Shown here: positions 1 through 9,442 of the stretch, piece by piece | Layout of the letters: the number at the start of each line of letters is the position of its first letter | Position numbering within the stretch: the stretch's first letter is position 1 | DNA from: a virus | DNA: 64,000 nt | Virus genome (UHGV): UHGV-0144373 | Reading direction: 5' to 3' (one strand) | Notes under the pieces: model-generated | The model's database searches: none | What the model was told of the DNA's origin: nothing | The model's input: the letters and a program-made list of their open reading frames with translations, nothing else | Program-made: the position numbers and the translations under genes

Positions 1-731
1 ATGAATTAAAGGAAGCACACGCAGAACTATCTAAAGGCCGTCGTATCCACATCGTAGACCATCAAGGGGCAATTGACCAAGATAACCTGCTGGAATTTGT
101 TGACTATCTTGTTAACAGCTTAGACTGTAAGATTATAATTCTTGACCCTATTACGTTGGCTCTGTCACGTTCAGATACAGATGAAGAGGAGGTTTTGTCT
201 GAACTATTACGTCGTTGCAAACGCTACCAGTATGCACAGGTTAACGTCTGTCACGTTCGTAAGAGTGCAGGTGGTCAGAAAGCCAACTCTGAAGGTGGAG
301 ACATCTCTGAAGAGGATATTAAGGGTTCTGGTGCATATTTTCAGATTTCTATGAATAACATTCTGTTAATGCGTAATAAGGTTGACCCAGACCCTGTTAA
401 GAAAAACTTGACAAAAATCAAGTTAACTAAGTGTCGTCGTCATGGTAAGTCAACAGGTATTGCTGGTCATACTTGGTACAATCCAGACACAGGACGTCTT
501 ATCAAAGCTTCTGGGTGTGGTGTTGACATTGATGGTGCAGCAGAAAATATTCGTCAACAGTTTGGTATTGGTGAAGCTGAAGACCATTATGACGATTCTT
601 TACCTCATTATGAGGATGAAGTGTTTGACCGTGAGACTGGTGAAGCCTATACTGAAGAACAGCGTCAAAGCTCAACGATTCCACCTGTATTAAGTGAGGA
701 TGCAGATGACTGCCCATTCGAAACTGAGTGA
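1..731 (+). CDS. replicative DNA helicase (DnaB/T7 gp4-like), C-terminal part; 5' end upstream of window
   Basis: Frame open from base 3 to TGA 729-731; translation has RecA-fold helicase C-terminal motifs (CKIIILDPITLAL; GSGAYFQISMNNILLMRNK, resembling DnaB H3/H4). Family assigned from motif memory. Confidence 0.55.
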   Translation, partial: ELKEAHAELSKGRRIHIVDHQGAIDQDNLLEFVDYLVNSLDCKIIILDPITLALSRSDTDEEEVLSELLRRCKRYQYAQVNVCHVRKSAGGQKANSEGGDISEEDIKGSGAYFQISMNNILLMRNKVDPDPVKKNLTKIKLTKCRRHGKSTGIAGHTWYNPDTGRLIKASGCGVDIDGAAENIRQQFGIGEAEDHYDDSLPHYEDEVFDRETGEAYTEEQRQSSTIPPVLSEDADDCPFETE

Positions 732-987
732 TAGTTATAAAAGAGAGGGGTTTATACCCTTCTTTGAAGAAAAAAGTTTAAATGAATTTCAGGAAGAGTG
801 TTTGACAAAGATTGATAGGTTCTATAGAATGCTCCTCATGAAATGCAATGGGGGAGTTGAGGTAAAAGAAGATTTCCACCAGAGCATGATTACAGTCGTC
901 ATTGCGCTACCTAAGCATAATATTAGTTGGCTGTTTATAATTAAAGAAAATGTGTTTGAATATCAAGTATATCGGAGAATATCATGA
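706..987 (+). CDS. hypothetical protein
   Basis: ATG706 with GAGGA 5 nt upstream; overlaps helicase 3' end; no recognisable motif. The ORF-track start at 694 is an alternative codon. Confidence 0.3.
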   Translation: MTAHSKLSDSYKREGFIPFFEEKSLNEFQEECLTKIDRFYRMLLMKCNGGVEVKEDFHQSMITVVIALPKHNISWLFIIKENVFEYQVYRRIS

Positions 988-1133
988 AACACTCTAAAGC
1001 ATTTGAAAAAGTTTTTGGGGATTCCTTAAAAGCCACTGCTGGAAAACCAGCAAAATACTATGAAGAAAAACGTGTAAGAACTGGAAAAACTGCACGTAAA
1101 GCAGCTTCTAAAGATAAGCACAACATCCAGTAA
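984..1133 (+). CDS. small basic hypothetical protein (49 aa)
   Basis: ATG984 preceded by GGAGA (974-978); 49 codons to TAA 1131-1133; below the ORF-track length cutoff. Confidence 0.3.
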   Translation: MKHSKAFEKVFGDSLKATAGKPAKYYEEKRVRTGKTARKAASKDKHNIQ

Positions 1134-1140
1134 TTAATGT

Positions 1141-1169
1141 TTGACAATAGAGTATCAACAAATTAGAAT
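1141..1169 (+). promoter_or_regulatory. sigma70-like promoter
   Basis: TTGACA (1141-1146), 17-nt spacer, TAGAAT (1164-1169), about 36 nt upstream of ATG1206. Confidence 0.45.
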
Positions 1170-1205
1170 TGATGCTCTTCATAAATTGAGATAGAGGTTT
1201 AAATA

Positions 1206-2063
1206 ATGTCTAAAGTTGTTAAAATGAAAGCTCCGGTAGAGAAGTACAAAGGTACTGAACGTCAAACTCTACGTTACCTTCTGAAAGATGTCTGGTTTTA
1301 TTACCTGAACACTTCACCATATCCGGGGAAAGGTAAATCCATTGATAAGAAATTCCCAGGCAAAGACTGTAACTACAGCGTATCAATTCTGGCAGAAGAC
1401 GGTAACAAACTCTTTAAAGAGTTTACTAAGTCTAAGAAAAACCCAGAAGGTTGGGATAAAGTTACTACTGAAGCAGTTGATGCAGATGACTTCGAAGAGA
1501 AGTTTGGTTGTAAACCACCTTTTGAAGCAGACACTTACTACATCTTGAAAGTAAGTCGTGCAGCAGCTTATAAAGATGGTGCTGTATGGACAGCTAAACA
1601 GTCATTCCCTGTAATGCTGATTGAAGAAGTAAATGGTAAGCGTGTAGCTGTTAAGCAGCCGATGAAGAAAATCAAAGCTCAAGCATCTGATAAACATGAA
1701 GATGATAAGAACTATGATGTAATTCATCCAGATATTGCAGTTGGTAACGGTTCTTTTGGTAGTGTGATTCTTTCTACTCACTTCTACACTTTTGAGAACA
1801 ATGTTCTGACAAAACCTATTCAGGAACAGTTTATCATTGATACTCTTGTACCTTACACTGGTGGTAACGGTGCTAACGGTGAACCTGAACTGGATGAAGA
1901 CGAACTGGCTATGCTTGGTCTTGATGGTGTCGAAGATAACGGTGAAATCACTGAAGAAGACGCAAAAGACCACAAACCTTCGAATGATTCTGATGATGGT
2001 GACGATGAAGATTTGCCAGACCCAGATGACGAAGAGGATGAAGACTTCGATACAGAAGACTAA
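1206..2063 (+). CDS. putative ssDNA-binding protein (acidic C-terminal tail)
   Basis: 285 aa; last about 35 residues almost all D/E (DSDDGDDEDLPDPDDEEDEDFDTED), as in SSB tails; sits between helicase and FEN genes. Inference only. Confidence 0.35.
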   Translation: MSKVVKMKAPVEKYKGTERQTLRYLLKDVWFYYLNTSPYPGKGKSIDKKFPGKDCNYSVSILAEDGNKLFKEFTKSKKNPEGWDKVTTEAVDADDFEEKFGCKPPFEADTYYILKVSRAAAYKDGAVWTAKQSFPVMLIEEVNGKRVAVKQPMKKIKAQASDKHEDDKNYDVIHPDIAVGNGSFGSVILSTHFYTFENNVLTKPIQEQFIIDTLVPYTGGNGANGEPELDEDELAMLGLDGVEDNGEITEEDAKDHKPSNDSDDGDDEDLPDPDDEEDEDFDTED

Positions 2064-2082
2064 TCTCTAAAAGTTACTTTAA

Positions 2083-2110
2083 AGCCCTGTACTCAGTATG
2101 GGGCTTTTTC
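2083..2110 (+). terminator. rho-independent terminator-like hairpin
   Basis: AGCCC-loop-GGGCT followed by TTTTT. Confidence 0.45.
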
Positions 2111-2125
2111 ATATGGAGAGCCATA

Positions 2126-3166
2126 ATGGAGAAGTACACATTAACAAAACTTCCCGATTCAGTTACACACGTCTTTATTGACTCTGACAGTATTGCCTAT
2201 AAAGGTGCTTGTGTAGTTGAGAAAGCAAAATATAAATACGTCAATAAACTCACAGCAGAAGAATCTGAGCCATTTGATAATGCGAAAGATGCTGCAAGAT
2301 GGTTAGCAGACCAGAGAATCCTTGTGGAAGAGCTTGGCCTGACATTTGATGAAGATGAATGGGAAAGACAGACTTGGAAAGAAGCTAAGAGTGAAAAAGA
2401 AGCTATCATGGCTACTCAACAGGTTCTTCAGGAATGGCTTAAGGTTGTTGGTAAAGAGAGAACTTGGGTAGGTTATTTAACAGAGAAAGGTGTGCATAAG
2501 CATAAAGACATTAAAGGTCTTGAGCACCAATATCAAGGTAACCGCAAAGATGCTGTCACGCCAACACACTTAGTTGCTTGTCGTGAATATCTTCTGTCAA
2601 GACCAGAGTTCAAACTGATTCTTGATGGATTTGAAGCTGACTCCATCGTTATTGCTAAAGCTGAAAAGATGGGTAAAAAAGCTGCCTTAATGAGTATTGA
2701 CAAAGACCTTCGACAAGCTGAAGGGACTTATTGTATTGATATGACCTATGAAAAGTCACCTTTGATTTTCATTGCTGACAACAACGTAGGTGAAATTTGG
2801 GATTGCCCAATAAAATCGACACCAAAAGCTAAGAAGACAGTTGGGGTAGGTTTTAAATTTCTTTGTTACCAAGCTGTGGCTGGTGATAATGCTGATAATT
2901 ATTTTGGTTTAAAGGGTGTTGGTAAGGTTACTATAATGAAAGCCCTTGAAGGTAAAACCACTTACAAAGAGTGTCTTGATGCAATTTATGAGCTTTATGC
3001 TAAGAAAGAGTCATACACTTATGTCTCGTGGGATGGTCAAACAATTACCAGAACACCTTTAGAGTTAATGCAGCAACACTTTTTCTTAGCTTATCAGGAA
3101 AGAAACAAGAAAGACGATTTTACTTTTAAGAAATATAATTGGGAGCCGTGTATGAATGAAGATTAA
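2126..3166 (+). CDS. flap endonuclease / 5'-3' exonuclease (FEN-like)
   Basis: 346 aa; motifs VFIDSDSIAYK, GFEADSIVIAKAEKMG, SIDKDLRQ and H3TH-like GLKGVGKVT match the 5'-3' exonuclease family. Confidence 0.7.
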   Translation: MEKYTLTKLPDSVTHVFIDSDSIAYKGACVVEKAKYKYVNKLTAEESEPFDNAKDAARWLADQRILVEELGLTFDEDEWERQTWKEAKSEKEAIMATQQVLQEWLKVVGKERTWVGYLTEKGVHKHKDIKGLEHQYQGNRKDAVTPTHLVACREYLLSRPEFKLILDGFEADSIVIAKAEKMGKKAALMSIDKDLRQAEGTYCIDMTYEKSPLIFIADNNVGEIWDCPIKSTPKAKKTVGVGFKFLCYQAVAGDNADNYFGLKGVGKVTIMKALEGKTTYKECLDAIYELYAKKESYTYVSWDGQTITRTPLELMQQHFFLAYQERNKKDDFTFKKYNWEPCMNED

Positions 3167-3653
3167 AGGATTTGGCAATTGCCCTACCTATGGTCATTGG
3201 GTATCTTTATGTGGGGAAGTTGACCCCACTAAACATTTTGGCTTTGTCTATTTAGTACACTGTAAGAAAACCGGACAATATTATATAGGAAAAAAACAGT
3301 TTAACAGTGTTACTAAAAGAAAAGTTGCTGGGAAGACCCGTAAGAAGATAGTCACTAAGGAAAGTGATTGGATGACTTACGAGACTTCTTCTGAGTATAT
3401 CAAAAAAGATATTGAAAGCTTTGGAAAAGAGTTTTTTGACTTTTACATTATCCAAACCTACTACACAAAAGGTGGCCTAGTCTATGGTGAAGCAAACCTT
3501 CAACATAAATTCGATGTAATGACAAAAAGAATTGACTCGAAGCTCAGACTCTTCTACAATGCCAATATTGCAGCAATTAAGTTTATTACTAAAGAAACTT
3601 ATGAAGATGCTGAAAAAAGAATCAATAAGGTAATGAAAGCAAATTGTGCTTGA
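3156..3653 (+). CDS. GIY-YIG-like nuclease domain protein (possible homing endonuclease)
   Basis: 165 aa; FGFVYLVHCKKTGQYYIGKK fits the GIY...YIG motif pattern; overlaps the FEN gene 3' end. Confidence 0.4.
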   Translation: MKIKGFGNCPTYGHWVSLCGEVDPTKHFGFVYLVHCKKTGQYYIGKKQFNSVTKRKVAGKTRKKIVTKESDWMTYETSSEYIKKDIESFGKEFFDFYIIQTYYTKGGLVYGEANLQHKFDVMTKRIDSKLRLFYNANIAAIKFITKETYEDAEKRINKVMKANCA

Positions 3654-3674
3654 CAACTATTGAGAGAGAATAAA

Positions 3675-3923
3675 ATGTTTAACAAAAGCAAAGCTGTGAG
3701 TCATGTAGCAAAAGTTGACAGCAAGATTGAAGAACTTGAGCGCACTCTTGCAAATGCTAGAGAGTCAATAATTAAAGAAGTTGAAGCTGTTGAATCTCAA
3801 ATGCAGCACCTAATGCTTAAACGCCAAGAGCTACGTGAGCATCTAGAATATATTGAAACACGAGAGCTAAAGGTTAACAAATATTTTAAGGAGTCCGAAT
3901 GTTTAACTCAAGAGAATCAGTAA
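3675..3923 (+). CDS. hypothetical protein (predicted coiled coil)
   Basis: ATG3675 after GAGAGAG; track start 3660 is TTG. Confidence 0.4.
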   Translation: MFNKSKAVSHVAKVDSKIEELERTLANARESIIKEVEAVESQMQHLMLKRQELREHLEYIETRELKVNKYFKESECLTQENQ

Positions 3924-4654
3924 AAAACTGGAACCTTCGTTGTGGAAACACTCAAAAGCAACCTTACAGTAATGAGTATTGGGAATCTTTGAAATCTCAA
4001 TCTCTGTGTATGCTTGAAGAAGCAAAAGAGCTTGTAAAAGCAATTGAAGAGAAAGACCCCATTGAGACACTGGATGCTCAGGCAGATTTGCAATATGTTC
4101 TTGACGGTTTGATTTACCTGTCACAACATGACCATAATGGTGCTATGAAAGCTGTTTGCCATAATAATGACCTGAAGTACACAGACGATTATGAAGAAGC
4201 TTTAAAACGTCTTGCAGACATTGAAAAGCATACTGGTCAAGAGTGTATTATCAGAATGTCAGTAGTTGATGGTAAAGAGTGGTATGCGATTGTTCGTGTA
4301 GCCGATGGGAAGGTTATGAAGCAATCGAACCTCCCTAAAGTACAGCTTGGTGAATACATTGTAGAACTTGAAAGCCAAGAACTTTTTGTGGTAGTATCTG
4401 AGACATGCGTTATCTGCAAAGGTATTGTAGGTAGCTTAAAGGATTTGGGTGTAGATGGTTTTGTAGAAGTTAATCCAATTACCTCTAAAGCAGATAAAGA
4501 CTTCTGTAAAGAGAATGGACTATGGATTGCAGATATTGTCTACTATGATGGTGAGCAGTTCCATGTAACCTCATACCCGAAACTGAATTATGATGCTAAT
4601 AACCTGAAGTGCTGGTTAAAAGGGGTTGGTTATAATGGATTCACAGAACATTAA
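3899..4654 (+). CDS. hypothetical protein with N-terminal MazG-like NTP pyrophosphohydrolase motif
   Basis: AAGGAG SD; LEEAKELVKAIEE...DAQADLQYVLDG resembles the EExxE...D metal-binding pattern of MazG-like domains. Weak. Confidence 0.3.
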   Translation: MFNSRESVKNWNLRCGNTQKQPYSNEYWESLKSQSLCMLEEAKELVKAIEEKDPIETLDAQADLQYVLDGLIYLSQHDHNGAMKAVCHNNDLKYTDDYEEALKRLADIEKHTGQECIIRMSVVDGKEWYAIVRVADGKVMKQSNLPKVQLGEYIVELESQELFVVVSETCVICKGIVGSLKDLGVDGFVEVNPITSKADKDFCKENGLWIADIVYYDGEQFHVTSYPKLNYDANNLKCWLKGVGYNGFTEH

Positions 4655-4958
4655 TAAAGAAGATGTGGCTCAGAAGAGCCACTTCTCAAACTACAATATC
4701 TCTATGACGGTGTTTATGAATGACCCGTTACTTGAGAAGTATGGTGAGACTCCAGATACACTTCTGGATAATGAACAAGTTTTAAAAGCAGTCCTGTACA
4801 AATACGGGATTGACATTGAGAAAGAGTATTCTTTTGAAATCTGCCAACACAGGAATACTTTCGGTAAAGTTGTGATGGCTCCACTCTTTATGGGTGTAGA
4901 AAGGACTGACTATGGTTGGTTGTATCTAAAAAGAAACTTGGAGAAATACCGTGTCTAA
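4635..4958 (+). CDS. hypothetical protein
   Basis: ATG4635 after AAGGGG; no motif. Confidence 0.4.
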   Translation: MDSQNINKEDVAQKSHFSNYNISMTVFMNDPLLEKYGETPDTLLDNEQVLKAVLYKYGIDIEKEYSFEICQHRNTFGKVVMAPLFMGVERTDYGWLYLKRNLEKYRV

Positions 4959-5289
4959 AACAAAAAAGTTATCTTATGATGACATTATCTCAGGTGCTAA
5001 ATTAGGTGTTGATAGTATCGGACAAGATGTTAAGCACGGAGACACAGTTATGTACTGTGACGACCTAAGAGGCAGAAGTGCAATCTTGTTTGGAAGAATT
5101 GTTTGCAAGATACGAGGTAATTACATTGTTGCAGACATGGATGTGAATATTACACAAAAACTTGAAACACTTATGGACGATAATACACCATCATGGTTCT
5201 CCCTGAATTGTATGCACACCTCTTCAGTCACAAAGGTAAGTGATAAGTTTTACGATATGTGGCAGAATGAGCAAATTTTCAAGATTTAA
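4951..5289 (+). CDS. hypothetical protein
   Basis: GTG start with GGAGAAA SD; no motif. Confidence 0.4.
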   Translation: MSKTKKLSYDDIISGAKLGVDSIGQDVKHGDTVMYCDDLRGRSAILFGRIVCKIRGNYIVADMDVNITQKLETLMDDNTPSWFSLNCMHTSSVTKVSDKFYDMWQNEQIFKI

Positions 5290-5294
5290 ACTAC

Positions 5295-5318
5295 GGAGCC
5301 TCTTCGGAGGCTCTTTTC
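5295..5318 (+). terminator. rho-independent terminator-like hairpin
   Basis: GGAGCCTC-TTCG-GAGGCTC then TTTT. Confidence 0.5.
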
Positions 5319-5335
5319 ACCTGTAGGATTCAAAA

Positions 5336-7570
5336 ATGATTAAGACAATTAAAAAATCAAACGGTACAGTAGTAAGCTTTGACCCAGAAAGACTGAATAA
5401 GTGGGCATCATGGGCAGATAAACGTGGAATTATCTGGTCAGAAGTCACTATGGAAGCCATGAAGCGTGTCTATGAGGGTTGCACTACAAAAGAGATGCAC
5501 CAAGCCATGATTGATGTTTGTGTTGATAAACAAACTCAAGAGTACTCAGATATGGCTGGACGGCTACTTCTGGGGATTATCTACAAAGAAGCCTTTGGAG
5601 GCTTTACTAAGGTTCCTACTCTGATTACCTTCGTTAAAAATATGGAGAGAGCAGGACTTTGGGAGAAGATGGATTATTCACAGGAAGAGCTTGAATATCT
5701 GCAAGGTTACATCGTACACTCAAAAGATATCTCTTACGGCTATGCAGTATTGAAACAGTTCAGAGACAAGTATGGTATCCGTGATATTAAAACTGGAAGA
5801 CTTTTTGAGTCACCACAATTTATGTTTATGGGTATGGCTATGAAAGCCTTTGAGAAGCAACCAAAGCACCGTAGACTGCAAGATGTTATCAAGCTGTACA
5901 CTTACCTATCTGACCTGAAGATTAACGCTCCTACGCCTTATTTAAACGGTTTAAGAGCCACCAAGTCAGGCTATGCGTCATGCTGTTTGATTAAGGCAAA
6001 TGATACTGCCGAATCTCTCGGTATTGCTGCAAAGGTTGCTTATGATATGACTACAAAGCAAGCTGGTATTGGTATGCTGATGGAGACACGTACTATTGGT
6101 GATGGTATCCGTCAAAATACAATTGAGCACATGGGTAAACTACCTTATTACAAGCTTGTACGTTCATCTGTAGAGGCAAATAAACAGAAGAGTCGTGGTG
6201 GTTCAGCTAATAACTTCTACACTGCTCTAGACCCGCAGATTGAAGATTTACTGCGTTTGAAGCACCCTACAACGGTTCCTTCTAAACGTATTAATGAGAT
6301 GGACTACTCATTCGGCACAAACGATTACTTCTGGCAGTGTGTTCAGTATGATACAGATTGGTTGCTATTCTCTTACAAAGATGCACCAAAACTCTATGAC
6401 ATGTTCTACACAGCATCTGCTGATGAGTTTGCTATGGCAGTTGGTCACGCAGTACATTCAGGAGTTAAGCACAGACGAGTAAAGGCTCGTGAAATTGCTA
6501 AGCTGTTTATTCAACAGCGTTATGCTACAGGTCGTGTGTATCCATTCTTCACTAACAATGCAAACACACATACACCATTTAAAGAACCATTGAAGATGTC
6601 AAATCTTTGTATGGAAATTGTGTTGCCAGTGTATGGTTTTGAGAAAGAGACAGACCTTTACAGAGATGATGCTGTGAAAGAGGATGGTGAGGTGGCTCTT
6701 TGCTTCCTAGCTAGTTTGGTTGCAGGGAGAATTTCAGAAGATGAATACGCTGACGTTGCTTATTATGCTCTTGCAATGGTTGACTCCGTTATTGACCTTA
6801 TGGATTATCCGTATCCGTCGATGCGCAACCATGTTCAGAAGCGTCGTTCTGTTGGGATTGGCCTTACAAATGTGGCTCATTACCTTGCGAAGAACTATGT
6901 GAACTACTCTTCACGAGCAGGTAAAACGAAACTTCATGAACTTGCAGAGATGCACTCTTACTATCTGCATGAAGCTTCTCTGAGACTTGCTAAAGAGCGT
7001 GGCGTTCCAGAGTACATGAAGTTCACTAAGTATCCTGAAGGCTGGGTTCCTCCAAAGACAGCTAACCAGAAGATTGATGAAAAGCATGATGCAAAACTAC
7101 GATATGATTGGGATGACTTAGCACAACGTATCAAAGAGAATGGTGGAATCCGAAACTCTGTATTAGAAGCTTACATGCCTAATGAGAGTTCTTCACTAGC
7201 AACTAATACGACAAATGGCTTGTACCCAATTCGTGACTTTATTTTAACTAAAAAGTCTGCAACTGGTAACGTACTGTTTATTGTTCCAGATTATGAAGAG
7301 TTGAAGTATGTTTATGAAATTGCTTGGGATATTGACACCTTTGATATGATTGATTGTTATGCAATTGTTCAAAAGTTCACTGGTCAAGCTATTTCTTCAG
7401 ACTTCTATGTTGACTATGCAAAGTCTAAGAAGGTATCATTGGCTCAAGCTTTGAAGTACATGATTTATGCCAACTCGGTAGGTATGAAAACCATGTACTA
7501 CCTTAACAGTCGCATTGGTGTAGGTAAATCTGCACTGCAAGATGCTTATTGCGAGGGTTGTGGTGTTTAG
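5336..7570 (+). CDS. nrdA: ribonucleoside-diphosphate reductase alpha subunit (class Ia)
   Basis: 744 aa; N-terminal ATP-cone (MIKTIKKSNGTVVSFDPERL), active-site NLCMEI motif, C-terminal Cys pair (YCEGCG). Confidence 0.9.
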   Translation: MIKTIKKSNGTVVSFDPERLNKWASWADKRGIIWSEVTMEAMKRVYEGCTTKEMHQAMIDVCVDKQTQEYSDMAGRLLLGIIYKEAFGGFTKVPTLITFVKNMERAGLWEKMDYSQEELEYLQGYIVHSKDISYGYAVLKQFRDKYGIRDIKTGRLFESPQFMFMGMAMKAFEKQPKHRRLQDVIKLYTYLSDLKINAPTPYLNGLRATKSGYASCCLIKANDTAESLGIAAKVAYDMTTKQAGIGMLMETRTIGDGIRQNTIEHMGKLPYYKLVRSSVEANKQKSRGGSANNFYTALDPQIEDLLRLKHPTTVPSKRINEMDYSFGTNDYFWQCVQYDTDWLLFSYKDAPKLYDMFYTASADEFAMAVGHAVHSGVKHRRVKAREIAKLFIQQRYATGRVYPFFTNNANTHTPFKEPLKMSNLCMEIVLPVYGFEKETDLYRDDAVKEDGEVALCFLASLVAGRISEDEYADVAYYALAMVDSVIDLMDYPYPSMRNHVQKRRSVGIGLTNVAHYLAKNYVNYSSRAGKTKLHELAEMHSYYLHEASLRLAKERGVPEYMKFTKYPEGWVPPKTANQKIDEKHDAKLRYDWDDLAQRIKENGGIRNSVLEAYMPNESSSLATNTTNGLYPIRDFILTKKSATGNVLFIVPDYEELKYVYEIAWDIDTFDMIDCYAIVQKFTGQAISSDFYVDYAKSKKVSLAQALKYMIYANSVGMKTMYYLNSRIGVGKSALQDAYCEGCGV

Positions 7571-7625
7571 TTTTAACAACTATGAGGGTCGTAAAAGACC
7601 CTCTAAAAATAACTTTGGAGAGACC

Positions 7626-7883
7626 ATGAAAGATTTAATAGAAAAACATGAGCGGCCTATATACTTGCTCCACAAGCCTCGGAAAACGATGTACTATGTG
7701 AGTAGCACAGACATGATGATAAAACAAAATGATGACTCATGGGTTGCTGGTATCTCTTACATCTCTACAGCAGATGGTAAAATCTACGCAAGACCTTATG
7801 AGATGTTTAACAAAGAAAATTGGGAAGTTTTAGACAGAAAACAAGCCTTAGAAATGATAAAGAAAGGAGAAATCACGCTATGA
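7626..7883 (+). CDS. hypothetical protein
   Basis: ATG7626 after GGAGAG; lies between nrdA and nrdB. Confidence 0.4.
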   Translation: MKDLIEKHERPIYLLHKPRKTMYYVSSTDMMIKQNDDSWVAGISYISTADGKIYARPYEMFNKENWEVLDRKQALEMIKKGEITL

Positions 7884-8953
7884 TTAACCAGCACCCAATC
7901 TTTTTAGGTGGTGAGAGAAAAACTTTTGACTCACTTAATAAGCACTACCCAAAAATCTTTGAACTTTATAAGCAACAAAAAGCACAAGACTGGTCAGAAG
8001 ATGAGTTCCCTTTTGAACAATCACGTCTTGATTTTGAGAGTGTCCCAGCATCAATGTCAGGTGTAATGCTTGAGATTCTTAAGTGGCAATGGGAAGCAGA
8101 CACTCAAGTTGCTAAGAGCTTGGCATTTGCCTTTGCACCATTTATCTCTGATGACATCTATGCAACTGCAATTATGAAGCAGTCTGAGATTGAAAACCTA
8201 CATGCCCTCACTTACTCGGAGATTGTAAGGCAATGTATTAAAAACCCTGAAACAATCTTAGATGAGATTAACCAGAATGTTGCTGTGCAAGAACGATTAA
8301 AAACTGTGAATCGTGTTCTTGAAGAATTACTGGATGAAGGCATAAACTATCGGCTGAGTTATGTCCGTGACTCACTTCTGGACAAAGACCCTTTACACTT
8401 CCATAAAGTGATTCTGAAAGGGCTGTTTGCAGTGACTGCACTTGAAGGTATATCTTTTATGGCATCCTTTGCATGTACTTTTGCACTTGATGCTCAAGAT
8501 AAATTTCAGGGTATTGCTCAAGCTGTCCAGAAAATTATGCTTGACGAAATCCTTCACACTAAAATTGATATTGAAGTTTTAAAAGAAACTTTAAGAGATG
8601 ATGAGTGGCAGAAAGCTTTTCAACAAATTCTTCCAGAGATTAAAGTAATCTTAGATGAAGTAGTTGAAAGTGAAGAGAAATGGTCGTATTATATCTTCTC
8701 CGAAGGACGTGCTGTAGTTGGCTTAAATACAAAGCTTCTTCATGAGTGGGTTTACTATAATGCTGCCCCACTGTATGATATGTTTGGCATTCCCAGAGAT
8801 TTTGTAGCTCCTAAAGAACCACCTTTGAAGTACATGATTAAGAAGATGGAAATTGATAAAGAGCAGAATGCTAATCAGGAGCAACAGAATGGTGCGTACC
8901 TATTGAATACTGTTGTAGATGATTTGAATAGTGGATTTTTAGAGGTTCCTTAA
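7880..8953 (+). CDS. nrdB: ribonucleoside-diphosphate reductase beta subunit
   Basis: ATG7880 after AAGGAGA; about 357 aa; di-iron ExxH-type motifs; immediately follows nrdA. Confidence 0.8.
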   Translation: MINQHPIFLGGERKTFDSLNKHYPKIFELYKQQKAQDWSEDEFPFEQSRLDFESVPASMSGVMLEILKWQWEADTQVAKSLAFAFAPFISDDIYATAIMKQSEIENLHALTYSEIVRQCIKNPETILDEINQNVAVQERLKTVNRVLEELLDEGINYRLSYVRDSLLDKDPLHFHKVILKGLFAVTALEGISFMASFACTFALDAQDKFQGIAQAVQKIMLDEILHTKIDIEVLKETLRDDEWQKAFQQILPEIKVILDEVVESEEKWSYYIFSEGRAVVGLNTKLLHEWVYYNAAPLYDMFGIPRDFVAPKEPPLKYMIKKMEIDKEQNANQEQQNGAYLLNTVVDDLNSGFLEVP

Positions 8954-9195
8954 TGACTTATATAATTTACTCCAAAACTGGATGCCCTCAGTGTGAGACT
9001 GCAAAGAATTTTGCAAAAGCTCGTGGTATTGACCATGTTGTAAGAATGTTAGGGCAGGACTATGAACTATCAGACCTGATGGATATTGCACAGATGCCAG
9101 TTCGTCAGATGCCATTCATCATGAAAACTGATGGACAAAACCTAAAGCCTGTTGGTACGCTACAGAATTTTATGGCAGAGGTGAATAATGCTTAA
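8953..9195 (+). CDS. glutaredoxin/NrdH-like redoxin
   Basis: 80 aa; CPQC dithiol motif near N-terminus; TAATG overlap with nrdB stop. Confidence 0.6.
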   Translation: MTYIIYSKTGCPQCETAKNFAKARGIDHVVRMLGQDYELSDLMDIAQMPVRQMPFIMKTDGQNLKPVGTLQNFMAEVNNA

Positions 9196-9394
9196 ACGCA
9201 TTTGGGAAGGTTTGGTTGTTGATGCACCAGCTATTGTGATTGGTATGCTGATTGTTAACCTATTTACTGACTTTGAACAAGGTTCATTGTTTGGAGCCAT
9301 GTTACTATGGGTTATCTTCGAAATATTAGAGATACAGTTAGGTATCACTGAAAAGCTAAGAGAACTCTTTTCGAAGTTTTCTAAAAAGATTTAA
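9188..9394 (+). CDS. small membrane protein (hypothetical)
   Basis: 68 aa with a hydrophobic core. Confidence 0.35.
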   Translation: MLKRIWEGLVVDAPAIVIGMLIVNLFTDFEQGSLFGAMLLWVIFEILEIQLGITEKLRELFSKFSKKI

Positions 9395-9402
9395 AATGAA
9401 AT

Positions 9403-9423
9403 GGTCTCTTCGGAGACCTTTTT
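9403..9423 (+). terminator. rho-independent terminator
   Basis: GGTCTC-TTCG-GAGACC followed by TTTTT. Confidence 0.55.
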
Positions 9424-9442
9424 AGCATGTAAAGGGGCAATA

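Noticed and set aside
142-717. Alternative-frame ORFs 142-354, 442-693 and minus-strand 502-717 inside the helicase gene
   Set aside because: Fully contained in the longer helicase reading frame, which carries recognisable motifs; no SD.
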